From assembly GCA_951406725.2 (NCBI GenBank), contig OX597838.1, positions 12,276,001-12,340,000 on the forward strand: a stretch of DNA of 64,000 bases, written 5' to 3'. The translations under genes were made by a program, and so were the position numbers. Under the pieces are notes generated by a model that was not told where the DNA came from, did not search any database, and worked only from the letters and a program-made list of their open reading frames with translations. The DNA comes from Octopus vulgaris (lineage: Eukaryota). The stretch's first letter is position 1. Every line of letters begins with the position of its first letter. Of this stretch, positions 28,354 to 39,080 are shown one piece after another.

Positions 28354-28573
28354 CTCTTTTACTCTTTTACTTGTTTCAGTCATTTGACAGCGGCCATGCT
28401 GGAGCACCGCCTTTAGTCGAGCAAATCGACCCCGGGACTTATTCTTTTTGTAAGCCCAGTACTTATTCTATCTGTCTCTTTTGCCGAACCGCTAAGTGAC
28501 GGGGACGTAAACACACCAGAATCGGTTGTCAAGCAATGCTAGAGGGACAAACACAGACACACAAACACACACA

Positions 28574-28653
<80 letters not shown>

Positions 28654-28796
28654 TACGACGGGCTTCTTTCAGTTTCCGTCTACCAAATTTACTCACAAGG
28701 CATTGGTCGGCCCGAGGCTATAGCAGAAGACACTTGCCCAAGATGCCACGCAGTGGGACTGAACCCGGAACTATGTGGTTGGTTAGCAAGCTACTT
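28354..28796 (-). mobile_element. SINE family A, 3' portion (split by the LINE insertion)
   Basis: Collinear with the intact copies at 374-772 and 60833-61285; ends at the TSD. Confidence 0.9.
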
Positions 28797-29024
28797 TATT
28801 TCATATAATTTGCCATTTAGGCATTTACAAAGAGGGGACAAACAAGGACAGACAAATATAAAGGGTGAAGTAGCTTAACACAGTTACAATTTTCGAATGA
28901 AATTACGGATAAGATTATAAACAATGAATTTTACGAAGGCAATGTTTAAAAATATTAATGATCATGTCGAAGGACGGACACCCAGCCATCCGGGTAGAAC
29001 CTTTACTTTCTGATCCGGTCACAC

Positions 29025-30929
29025 TTACCTGGTGCCAAACATACCCATCTTGTATGCCACAGGCTTCCATCTTTTCACAAACATATCTCGTGACAGACAC
29101 CTCTTCTCCAGCCTGATTTTGCTACTGAGGTGGTAACTAAAAAAGTTAATCAACCCCTGGCCGGAGACAAAGGTGCCTGTCACTATACCTTTCGTACGCG
29201 TCTTCCATACTGTTTCTTTCAGTATGGCTACTACACAGAAAAAACAAGCCTTTCTTTCCCTGTTAAGGAAAGGGGGCGGCACAATCTCGATGATAGACTC
29301 AGCTGATAGCTGTACTCTTCCCATCACTGACAACAGTTGTTCTACAAAAGCTATCAGTCCCGATAACTCCGGACACTCCACGAATGCGTGCAAGACGGTC
29401 TCCCTATTCTGCTCACATCGCGGGCATGTCGGCGAGACGGCACTACCGTGCCTTGACAGCTTGTCGCGAACAGGTAAAGCCGCACGGAAACATTGCCAGG
29501 CTAGGGATTTCTGGTAATTATCCAGATACCCCGGCCCGAACGTCCTCCGGAACAGGTTGATCAACTGATTTTCATCGTAGCCCAGGGTCTCCCCCAAGGC
29601 GTCTTCGGACTTAATCTCCACTAACCCGCTATAGAAATCCGTGGTGGAACTCCTGTTGCCGGCGTTGCCCACCCGAGATAGTAGCTGGAGCGCCTGACGG
29701 CACTCCAAATGCCATTCACTCAGTTTAGGTCTCCGCTTGATCCATGCACCGATGTCCGTTAGGGATGTTAACTGGGGAAGGTAGAACCGGACGTGCGGCG
29801 ACCACACCTGCTCTCCATCCAGGTAAAGCCAGAGGTGCCTCAACCTTAACGCGAGTTTTCGCATCCTCAGCCAAGGCATCCCTAGCCCACCCTTTAGCGG
29901 TTTCTGGCAGCAGACAGAGCGCTTTACAAGTGGCTTTCCTCCTTTCCACAAAAATCGGAAAAGGATTCTCTCCAACTTGTTCAGCCACAAATCGGGGCAA
30001 GGCACCACGGTCAAACGGTAGGTGATTACTGATGCTATAAACATCTGCACCACCTCCGCCTTCCCTAGCAGGGATAACGCCCGCCCAGACCAGGTCTGGG
30101 TTAGAGCGGTCACCTTGTTGGCCACCTCACTCCAATTTTTCTCAATCTGGAGGTCTGGCCCGAACCAGACTCCGAGCAGCTTAACAGGACCTTCCGTCCA
30201 ACGCCCTACGACGTTATTGGACGGCATCGGCTTGCCCCTCCAGGTGCCGAGTTGCAAACCGACCGACTTGTCCTTGTTAACCTTTGCTCCTGCCACCGCC
30301 TCGTAGCTTTTTATGGCCTCTTCCACCACTGGAAGCTGGCCTTCGTCTGCCACGATGATGGAGGTGTCATCCGCATACGCCGTAGCTCCTCTTCCACACC
30401 ATAGATCATGCGGCGCGCCCCCTAGTGCCTCCAACTTCCGCAGCAAAGGCTCAAGAGCCAATACGTATAGGAGCGAGGACAGGGGACACCCTTGACGAAC
30501 TGAACGCTCGATCCTGAACGGCTTCGAAAAGGAACCGTTCACCTTGACTACAGACTCGATGTCGCTATACAAAGCAGCGATCCAACCTCGAAAGGTCGGG
30601 CCTAGGCCAGCCTCTCCGAGGACCGCCGCCAGGTACCGATGGTCGACCCTATCAAATGCTTTGGACTGGTCTAAATGTATCAGTGCTCCCCCTGCGCCAG
30701 AAAGCTTCCCCACCCTCTCTAAGGAGTAGCGTATAAGGTGGAGATTGTCGTGGATCGTTCTGCCGGGGATAGCGCACGTTTGCGCTTCCCCGACAAGTTT
30801 GTCCACGACCCGCGCCAACCTTTTTGCTAGCACCTTGGCCAGAATCTTTAACTCTGTGTTTAACAGAGTTATGGGCCTGAAGTTCCCTATCTCGTCCCCC
30901 TTGTTCGGGTCCTTCCTGATCAAGGTCAC
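29025..30929 (-). CDS. LINE ORF2 C-terminal part: reverse transcriptase and C-terminal zinc finger
   Basis: RT motifs FRPITLLNTELKILAK, LDQSKAFDRV, VRQGCPLS, AYADD, LLGV; GGLG; CPRC...ETVLHAFVEC zinc finger typical of L1/Tx1 ORF2. Confidence 0.95.
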   Translation of the reverse strand: MTLIRKDPNKGDEIGNFRPITLLNTELKILAKVLAKRLARVVDKLVGEAQTCAIPGRTIHDNLHLIRYSLERVGKLSGAGGALIHLDQSKAFDRVDHRYLAAVLGEAGLGPTFRGWIAALYSDIESVVKVNGSFSKPFRIERSVRQGCPLSSLLYVLALEPLLRKLEALGGAPHDLWCGRGATAYADDTSIIVADEGQLPVVEEAIKSYEAVAGAKVNKDKSVGLQLGTWRGKPMPSNNVVGRWTEGPVKLLGVWFGPDLQIEKNWSEVANKVTALTQTWSGRALSLLGKAEVVQMFIASVITYRLTVVPCPDLWLNKLERILFRFLWKGGKPLVKRSVCCQKPLKGGLGMPWLRMRKLALRLRHLWLYLDGEQVWSPHVRFYLPQLTSLTDIGAWIKRRPKLSEWHLECRQALQLLSRVGNAGNRSSTTDFYSGLVEIKSEDALGETLGYDENQLINLFRRTFGPGYLDNYQKSLAWQCFRAALPVRDKLSRHGSAVSPTCPRCEQNRETVLHAFVECPELSGLIAFVEQLLSVMGRVQLSAESIIEIVPPPFLNRERKACFFCVVAILKETVWKTRTKGIVTGTFVSGQGLINFFSYHLSSKIRLEKRCLSRDMFVKRWKPVAYKMGMFGTR

Positions 30930-32425
30930 CGCCCCCGGCTCGCAGACTTGGGAATTCTCCCATTCTGCTGCCAGTTGGCGTAGACGCTAGCCAGCAGGTG
31001 CCCGAACAAGTTTGGCATACTTCTATAAAATTCATAGGGCAGACCATCGAGACCCGGCGACTTCTCCCCGGGGCACTTGCCCAACACCTCGATTACTTCC
31101 TCGGCTGTGATTGGCCCTTCACAGCACTCAGCCTCTCGTGTCGAGAGGCGCGGACCACCAGACAGGAAGTCCCTAAGGGCCTCACCATGATCCAGCGTCC
31201 CGCACCTCCCGAACAACTCGGCGAAGTGCTTGTGGAGTGCCTCACACATCTCGTCCCGCTTCTTGATCGTGCATCCGTTTTCATCAACAAGAGACCCAAT
31301 TGTGGCATCGTTTCCACGCTGTGTTTCTATCGTACGGGCCCATCCGGCAACATTAATTCCCTCACGGCCCAATGCTCGTACTTTAGCCCGGACTCTACAT
31401 CCCTCATGTTTGGTTTTGAGGTGACGGTCTAATGCCGTTCTCGCCGCTAAAATGTGAGATGCAGAGCCCAACCTCAACGCCTCCTCTAAGTTCTTAACTA
31501 GTTGCCCTTCTATTCTAGCCCTATCTAGTCTTAGTTGTTTACTAAATCTAATGGACTCGAATCGAATGGCTCTTTTGAGGGTGAACCACCACCGGTTATT
31601 AACCACGGCTCCGGTTAACGCCCTCTGCACTAACACCTTAATCCGGCTACGGTATGCCTCGCGTGTCAAAATAGACTTGTTCAGCTTCCAGTAGCCGGTT
31701 CCTATCTTAAGTGTGCTATCTATGTCCAGTCTACACGTGACCATTCTATGGTCAGTATAGGGCACCTGGACGAGCTGTGGACAACTAAAACTAGACTTAT
31801 CTCTAGTTCTTATCACTATCCTGTCTAGATAAGACTTGAACTTTCCGTCGCCACTCATCCAGGTCCACTCTGGGACGTTCGGATGGTCAAGTCTGTAACG
31901 ATCTGCTAGCTGAAACCGCTTAAGCAGATCCACGAGACGTGAGTTCACTTTCCTATAGATCGAGCCAACGCTATCGATGTGTACGTCAACGATAGCATTA
32001 AAGTCCCCTAATATCACTAAAGTCTTCGACGTCACGAGAAAGCCCTCTAGGCGCCGATAAAAATCAGTTTGGAAACCTCTAGCACAAGGTGCATAGAGTC
32101 CGATCAACCTGAAGGCCTTACTGCTGTATGTCACATCAAGGACGACCAGCCCACCTTCTGGGTCTACATAGACTGTACTTGTCTGTAGAGCCAAGTCTTT
32201 ACGGATCAGTACCACTACGCCCCCTCGCCCTCCGGTCTGGCCAGGAGACATGATTTTCTCGTAGCCATTCAGGAGAGGCGAGAAGGTTTGTAGGCTGTCC
32301 AGCTTGGTCTCTGTAGCAACCATCACATGTATATCATGTGATCTGAGGTCGTCGAGGAAACAAGCCTGCTTCCACTTCGAACTCAGACCACGCACATTTA
32401 AACAACCAAGGTTAAGCGAAGCCAT
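30926..32425 (-). CDS. LINE ORF2 N-terminal part: APE-type endonuclease and linker
   Basis: APE motifs LNVRGL, ATETK, LYAP, LGDFN, LDRI, YTDH; GYWKLN; KSPGLDGLPYEFY leading into the RT domain. Frameshift in a G run at about 30932-30936. Confidence 0.92.
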   Translation of the reverse strand: MASLNLGCLNVRGLSSKWKQACFLDDLRSHDIHVMVATETKLDSLQTFSPLLNGYEKIMSPGQTGGRGGVVVLIRKDLALQTSTVYVDPEGGLVVLDVTYSSKAFRLIGLYAPCARGFQTDFYRRLEGFLVTSKTLVILGDFNAIVDVHIDSVGSIYRKVNSRLVDLLKRFQLADRYRLDHPNVPEWTWMSGDGKFKSYLDRIVIRTRDKSSFSCPQLVQVPYTDHRMVTCRLDIDSTLKIGTGYWKLNKSILTREAYRSRIKVLVQRALTGAVVNNRWWFTLKRAIRFESIRFSKQLRLDRARIEGQLVKNLEEALRLGSASHILAARTALDRHLKTKHEGCRVRAKVRALGREGINVAGWARTIETQRGNDATIGSLVDENGCTIKKRDEMCEALHKHFAELFGRCGTLDHGEALRDFLSGGPRLSTREAECCEGPITAEEVIEVLGKCPGEKSPGLDGLPYEFYRSMPNLFGHLLASVYANWQQNGRIPKSASRGR

Positions 32426-32441
32426 TACAAAAGTAAAGGTT

Positions 32442-33843
32442 CTACTTACATTTCGTTGGAGAGGTAGGGGCCGACCTCACCACACGTTTGTGGGCCCCTT
32501 CTTTCTCCTCTTTCTTCAGATAGTCCGGCAAGTTCGCGATATGCCGGATGGCGTTTGGGTGTCTGTCTTTTAATTGTTTGAACGTTGTTTCCGCAATCCA
32601 CGCGTGTCTATTTCGATCTTTGTATTTGTTGTACAGTCTTGCTGACTGATGCTGAACCACAATATCGTTTATGTATTTGTCTTGTGTGTCGAATTCAATT
32701 AATATGAGTTCATTTTCTTTTTTGTCTTCTTTTTCTGGGCCAGTTGAGCGGGATTTTTTTTTCCGTGTCTGTGGTGTGTCTTTGTTTTTATTATTTTTTG
32801 TAGGGGATGTGGACGGGGATGCTGCACGAATTCTTTTACGAACTGGTGTAAATCCCCCTCTGATACCTCCATGGTATCGTCTGTGGTAGCAATAGTTTGT
32901 TCGGTAGGCGCCGCAGTTTTTAGGGGGTGGGAGGTTTTAATAGTGTAGGGGTTTGTGAGTGCGAGGGCTGGGGTTTTTCTTCAGTCTGTTTTGGGGTTGG
33001 CACCGTAACAGCAGGAGTGGGATTTTTTGTTTTTGTAGGGGTAGGTGTGTTTGCAAGGGTAGGGACTTTTTTATTATCTGAGGGGCCTGGTGTCTGCGGT
33101 TTCTTTTGCTTGTCTGGACAGTCTACACGAATGTGGCCCTTTTTGCTGCAGGCGTAACAGGTGGGTTTTCGGCCTTCGACCGGTACCCTGAGGGCTACGT
33201 TCTCGCCCACGAGCACCCTCTCAGGAAGGAGCTGCAGGTCCTCCGCTGTTCCTTGAATTAATATATTAATGTTACGCCCGAGCCAAAATCGAGGGGTAGA
33301 GCATGTTACTTCTAGTATTTTTATTTTGTCCGCCCTTTTATATAACAGGGCGGCCACTACCTCTACCGGATCTACGTCCGGCGGGGCTTCTACAATCCTG
33401 ACCCGGGACGACCTGCGTCCCCTATAGCTTGGAAAAAGTACCACCTCCTTGGTTTTTAGGGGGTTCACAGAATGCCCGCGGGCCATTTCTTCCCCCGAGA
33501 AGCGGACATCCACAGTGCCATATGCCCGTCCCCTGGCGACGTACACGATGTCCTTCCAAATCGGGGACAGGCATTTCTCGATGGTGCTTTTTTCAAAGTG
33601 TTTGAACCTTCTGCTTTGTGGACAGAAAGTTTTAAACACTACGGTCCGCTTCTCGGTCTCCACGATACTAGCGGAGGGTGATATTTTAACATCACCACCC
33701 TCCTCTTGCATTCTTTTAAATAGCTCGACGAGCTGGTTGACATCGATGTCAATCTTCTCGGTAGCCACTGCGGCTTCCTCAGAAAATTTTTTAACATTGC
33801 TCTCCTCAAGAGCACTACTTTCGTGAATAATTTCAACAGACAT
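32442..33843 (-). CDS. LINE ORF1 (gag-like zinc-knuckle protein), interrupted by at least one frameshift near 32925
   Basis: First ATG at 33843 (MSVEIIHES...). CCHC knuckle CYACSKKGHIRVDC followed by a Pro/Thr-rich linker. The frame stops at 32920, but another frame is open from about 32924 to 32442 (GFTPVRKRIRAASP...SPTKCK*) and ends just upstream of the ORF2 ATG. Confidence 0.75.
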
Positions 33844-34232
33844 TATTCTGTTGAAATTAGACAACACAAAAATTACGAATATTGGTTTCCCACAAAACTG
33901 GGAAACCTATAGAAAGTTTTTCTTCCAAAGTAGTTCAAAAAAGCAGTTCAAAAATTCCAATTCCCACCCCCATTCGGGGGAGGGGCACGAAAATAGTCTG
34001 GCAGGACTATATATAGTCACGTAAATAAAAAGCCACAGTGGCTAACAGTTCAACGGTAAGAAATTATTCAATTATTTCCCGGTAAAACCGGAGAACAAGA
34101 CAGTTCAGCAACGTTTAAAGGCAAATTTTCAGTAGTAGGAATTCAACAATTAATAACACAGCAAAACTCTTACCGGGAAGAAAACGCGTCCAAACCGTAG
34201 TACGGTAGGCAAAGTCACTCTTCTGTCAGTGA

Positions 34233-34270
34233 GGTTAGCGAGCTACTTACCACACAGCCACTCCTACGCC
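34233..34270 (-). mobile_element. SINE family A, 5' head portion (split by the LINE insertion)
   Basis: Reverse complement is ggcgtaggagtggctgtgtggtaagtagctcgctaacc, the A-box head of family A. Confidence 0.9.
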
Positions 34271-34272
34271 TG

Positions 34273-34306
<34 letters not shown>

Positions 34307-34407
34307 TATATATATATATAGGTGGTGCTATTAAGTTAGACATGGCCTGGGCCAATAATGGCCGAAACCTATCAAAGTATCAAAGTATATATATATATAT
34401 ATATGAA

Positions 34408-34503
34408 ATTAGAATTAATCAAAGGACATACCATATATGTCTACCTGCTAACTATGTCTCCAGCAGGTAGACATACTTAGTATGTCCTTTGATTAATTCT
34501 AAT
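34408..34503. repeat. Inverted repeat (about 40-bp arms)
   Basis: attagaattaatcaaaggacatac..tatgtctacctgct / agcaggtagacata..gtatgtcctttgattaattctaat. Confidence 0.85.
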
Positions 34504-34675
34504 CATTCAGCTATTCAATGATTTTTCTTGGGCCTGCAATCGCCCATATTACTGATTCTGCTATTACCATTTTATTTCAATGGTCATAGCAAATGATAAC
34601 AAAATTAATATCTTAGCAAATTAATTTTTCGGGAATTATTTTTTCTCGTCAATTGTTTGCCCTTGTATGTATATA

Positions 34676-34865
34676 TAACGGGAAGGTTTACGAAAATAAA
34701 CAAAAGACGAAGGCAGGTGGAGTACAAACAAACAATTGTATTAGTATAGCGCTCAGGAATAGAAATAGAAAAAGTCTTTTACGTTTCGAGCCTACGCTCT
34801 TCGACAGAAAGATACACAGAAAAGAAACAGGGAGAGAAAAAATTGCGTGTAGGAGCTAACGATCT
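34676..34865 (-). mobile_element. Short (TA)n-flanked repeat with a hammerhead-like motif
   Basis: Homologous to 13688-13912; motif at 34776-34811. Confidence 0.65.
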
Positions 34866-34877
34866 ATCATGCCATCC

Positions 34878-34936
<59 letters not shown>

Positions 34937-34943
34937 ATATATG

Positions 34944-35035
<92 letters not shown>

Positions 35036-35419
35036 GCACATATATAATCAGAGAGAATGTGAAGAATCTAACAGAGTAGGTGTTAATAACGGGTCAAATA
35101 TGGGTTTTGGAAAAGAATCATGATAGAGGGAGGGTGTGTGTAGAATGAGAAGGAGAGATAAGATAGTAGTGAGAGAGAGAGAGGAGGAAAAGTAATAGGA
35201 TGGGGGAAAAAAGGAGAAAGAGAGAGAAAGAAATTTGTTTTTTTATATAATCAAAAACAAAGGCGATTGATAAATAAATTAGATGACGACGACGATGTGA
35301 ACGTTGTCGTTCTTCGTGGTGGTTGATGCTGTTGGTAATGATGATTATGATTATGGTGATGAAGATGATGATGATGATGATGATGAAGATGAGGAGGAGA
35401 ACGAAGAAGTGGACGGTGG

Positions 35420-35421
35420 TA

Positions 35422-35476
<55 letters not shown>

Positions 35477-35564
35477 TGTTGTTGTTGTAGTAGTAGTAGT
35501 AATAGTAGTAGTAGTAGTTGTGGTGGTGCTGGTGGTTGTGGTGGTGGTAGTAGTAGTAGTAATC

Positions 35565-35606
<42 letters not shown>

Positions 35607-35744
35607 ATAGTAGTAGTAGTAGTAGTATTGGTGGTGGTGGCGGTGATGGTGGTGGTAGTAGTAGTAGTATTGGTGGCAGTGGTGGTAGTAGTAGTAGTAG
35701 TAGTGGTGATGGTGGTGGTGGTGGTGGGTGTGGTAGTAGTTGTT

Positions 35745-35789
<45 letters not shown>

Positions 35790-35790
35790 A
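35420..35790. repeat. (TAG)n/(TGG)n microsatellite
   Basis: Direct reading. Confidence 0.95.
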
Positions 35791-36146
35791 TGCAATTAAA
35801 ATTCAGAAGAGGGAATTGTTGGGGGTGGTGGAACAGGAAGTTGAAATAAATGGCAAAATAGGAAGGAAAATAAAAGAGGATGACAGGTTTGTACTAATCG
35901 TTGTGCTATCTCCCCCCACCCCACCCTTATAGACTTTATTGCTCCCTACTACACGTATATGTATTTACACATACATACATATATATACATACATACATAC
36001 ATATATATATATATACACATATATATGTATATATATGTATATATATATACATATATATACACATATATATATATGTATATATATGTATATATATACGTAT
36101 ATATACATATCCATATATATACTTATATATATACATATATATATAC

Positions 36147-36189
<43 letters not shown>

Positions 36190-36300
36190 TATATATATAT
36201 ATATACATATATGTATATATATATACATATATGTATATATATATATATATGTATGTATATATATATATATACATACATATATATAGATATACATATATAT

Positions 36301-36392
<92 letters not shown>

Positions 36393-36868
36393 TATGTGTG
36401 TATGTAATAGAGCAAATGATATAAGGGTATTTAAATGTGGAAGAGAAGAAAAAGGAAGCTGAGAAGGACGACGACGATGATGATGACGATGATGGTAATG
36501 AAGACGACGATGACGATGACAACGACAAGGTAGAGGAGGACGTCGAAGAAAGACGGTTTAGGAATGAAGAGAATGAGAGACTTGTTCAAGATAGGGGTTG
36601 GTCGCTTTCTCAGTCAAGATTGCTGTCAGAATGGTTGAGTGGATGGGGTGGGTGGCAAGGGAAATGGGAAGACGAATAATTAATAACTATCAATAAAAGG
36701 GTCCGGGTGAAGGTGGTGGTGGTGGTGGTGGTGGTGAGCGATGCTGTGAACGTAGACGTGGGATTAAACCAAAGTGCCCTGTATTTTATGACGTGAACTG
36801 TTATGGAATTATTGCAGCAGCAGCAGCAGCAGTAAAATCAGGAGCAGCGAATAATTAAATTTAATACG

Positions 36869-36907
<39 letters not shown>

Positions 36908-36955
36908 AGGAAAAACAAGACAAAAACAAAATTTCATTAAAAAATACCGAGAGGA

Positions 36956-36992
<37 letters not shown>

Positions 36993-37059
36993 GGAGAGCA
37001 AGCACCAACGAGACGATACTGATTAGGTCATTTCTGTAGTAACTGGATGAGGATGGTGT

Positions 37060-37510
37060 CGGTGGTGGTGGTGGTGGTGGTGGTGGTGGTGGTGGTGGTG
37101 GTGGTGCTGTGGTGGTGGTGCTGGTGGTGGTGGTGCTGGTGGTGGTGTCAGTGGTGGTGGTGGTGGTGGTGCTGGTGCTGGTGCTGGTGGTGCTGGTGCT
37201 GGTGGTGGTGCTGGTGGTGCTGGTGGTGGTGCTGCTGGTGCTGGTGCTGGTGCTGGTGCTGGTGCTGGTGGTGGCGGCGGTGGTGGTGGTGGTGGTACTG
37301 TTGGTGGTGGTGGTGCTGCTGCTGCTGGTGGAGGTGGTGGAGGTGGTGGAGGTGGTGGAGGTGGTGGTGGTGGTGATGATAATGGTACTGATGATGGTGC
37401 GGGTTGTAATAGTACCGGTGGTTGTGTGAGTGTAGATGCGGTGTTTGTGGCTGTGGTGGTGGTGGTGCTGCTGGGGGTGATGGTGGTGGTGGTGCTGGTG
37501 GTGGTGGTGT
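37060..37510. repeat. (GGT)/(GCT) compound microsatellite
   Basis: Direct reading. Confidence 0.95.
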
Positions 37511-37924
37511 AATCTGAGGACAGGGAAGTAAGATTTCGAGCCCTGAAATTATGTCCCTTTTCTCATTGGTTTAGATCAAAAGACTCTTCAAAAAATATTT
37601 TTAAAATGAGAAACAGAAAGAAAAAAAAAATCAAAAATTAGCCATGCATACGCATACATATACACACACACATATACATATACATATGCATGCATACACA
37701 TACATATACATGTACACATATACATATACATATGCATGCATACACATACATATACATAAAGTACCACAGAATATGGTAACACATACACATTTGCATGTCT
37801 ACATACAATCACGCACAGATTTATACAGAAACACAACAGAAAACGTAATAGGAAATACACACGGAGCACTCTTTAGTACATTAACACAAACATATGTACA
37901 AGCATACATGGAAGAAGTAAAAGG

Positions 37925-38002
<78 letters not shown>

Positions 38003-38077
38003 AATATTAGGGAATAAATCCAAATTTACAGGGAAAAATCAGATTTAGGATTGAATCCAATTTTATAGTAAAATATA

Positions 38078-38394
38078 ATATAATATTAATTAGAGACAAA
38101 ACCACTATTATGCAAATCAAAGAAAGAAAGACTTAATCCAATACATAAAAAATTTTATATAAATTAAATATAATTAAGATATCCACTACGATCGTTTCTT
38201 GTCACTTCTATGGACATTCATCAGATGCATAGAAGGTCTTGAAACCACCTGATGAATGTCCTTAGAAGTGACAAGAAACGATCGTAGTGGATATCTTAAT
38301 TATATTTAATTTATATAAAATTTTTTATGTATTGGATTAAGTCTTTCTTTGTTTGATTTGCATAATAGTGGTTTTGTCTCTAATTAATATTATA
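38078..38394. repeat. Inverted repeat (about 146-bp arms, about 24-bp spacer)
   Basis: 38078-38224 versus 38249-38394, near-perfect. Confidence 0.9.
38245..38290 (+). ncRNA. Minimal type I hammerhead ribozyme motif
   Basis: ccac-CTGATGA-atgtc(cttagaagt)gacaa-GAAA-cgatcg-TA-gtgg. An inverted second copy lies at 38183-38228. Confidence 0.75.
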
Positions 38395-38413
38395 TATATA
38401 TATATATATATAT

Positions 38414-38575
38414 CCTTTTTTCTCTCCTTGTTTTTCTGTGTCCCTTTCTGTAGAAGAGCGTAGGCTCGAAACGTAAAAGACTTTTTATATTCCTGAGCGT
38501 TATACTAATACATCTGTTTGTTTTGTACACTACCTGTCCTCATCTTTTGTTTGTTTGTTTTTTCGTAAATTCTCC

Positions 38576-38580
<5 letters not shown>
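38414..38580 (+). mobile_element. Short (TA)n-flanked repeat with a hammerhead-like motif
   Basis: Reverse complement of the 13688 and 34676 copies; motif at 38444-38479. Confidence 0.65.
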
Positions 38581-38633
<53 letters not shown>

Positions 38634-38855
38634 TTTAAGATACTTCCTATTATAAATTCTTCAGAAAGAGTCTCAAATAATAATTTCAGCTCTTATGCAT
38701 ACCTCCCACAAATGTTACACCTACACACAGATTTGAAGGGTTACAAGGAACGTTCCCTGGTAAAATATCTTCAGTTAAAAGTCTGAATGTCTGAAAACGC
38801 TGAGTCTCTTGACTCCAAAGAGATATATACTATCACATTCGTATGGAAAATTGTT

Positions 38856-38972
38856 GGGGGACATATGGCGTAGTGGTTAAGAGCGCGGGCTACTAGCTCC
38901 AAGATTCCAAGTTCGATTCCAAGCAGTGACCTAAACACTAACAACAATTACAATAACAACAACAACAATAAA

Positions 38973-39024
<52 letters not shown>

Positions 39025-39080
39025 TCGAAAAATACCTTAGGAATGAGAACACAGGTTCGAAATTTCCCCCAAGACACCTG
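38856..39080 (+). mobile_element. tRNA-headed repeat (SINE family E) with internal (AAT)n
   Basis: A box TGGCGTAGTGG and B box AGTTCGATTCC, followed by (AAT)n and unique sequence; truncated by the minisatellite. Confidence 0.55.

Larger units (their letters stand above)
28797..34232 (-). mobile_element. Full-length L1/Tx1-type non-LTR retrotransposon (LINE), about 5.4 kb
   Basis: Two-ORF layout (CCHC ORF1, APE-RT-zinc-finger ORF2), about 390 nt 5'UTR and about 230 nt 3'UTR. Flanked by a 16-bp TSD, ggttagcaagctactt (28781-28796) and ggttagcgagctactt (34233-34248). Confidence 0.93.

Noticed and set aside
30926-30940. Programmed ribosomal frameshift in ORF2
   Set aside because: There is no canonical slippery heptamer, and L1/Tx1 ORF2 is normally continuous; a single-base indel is simpler.
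29173-33826. Plus-strand ORFs over the LINE
   Set aside because: Antisense shadows of the minus-strand ORF1 and ORF2.
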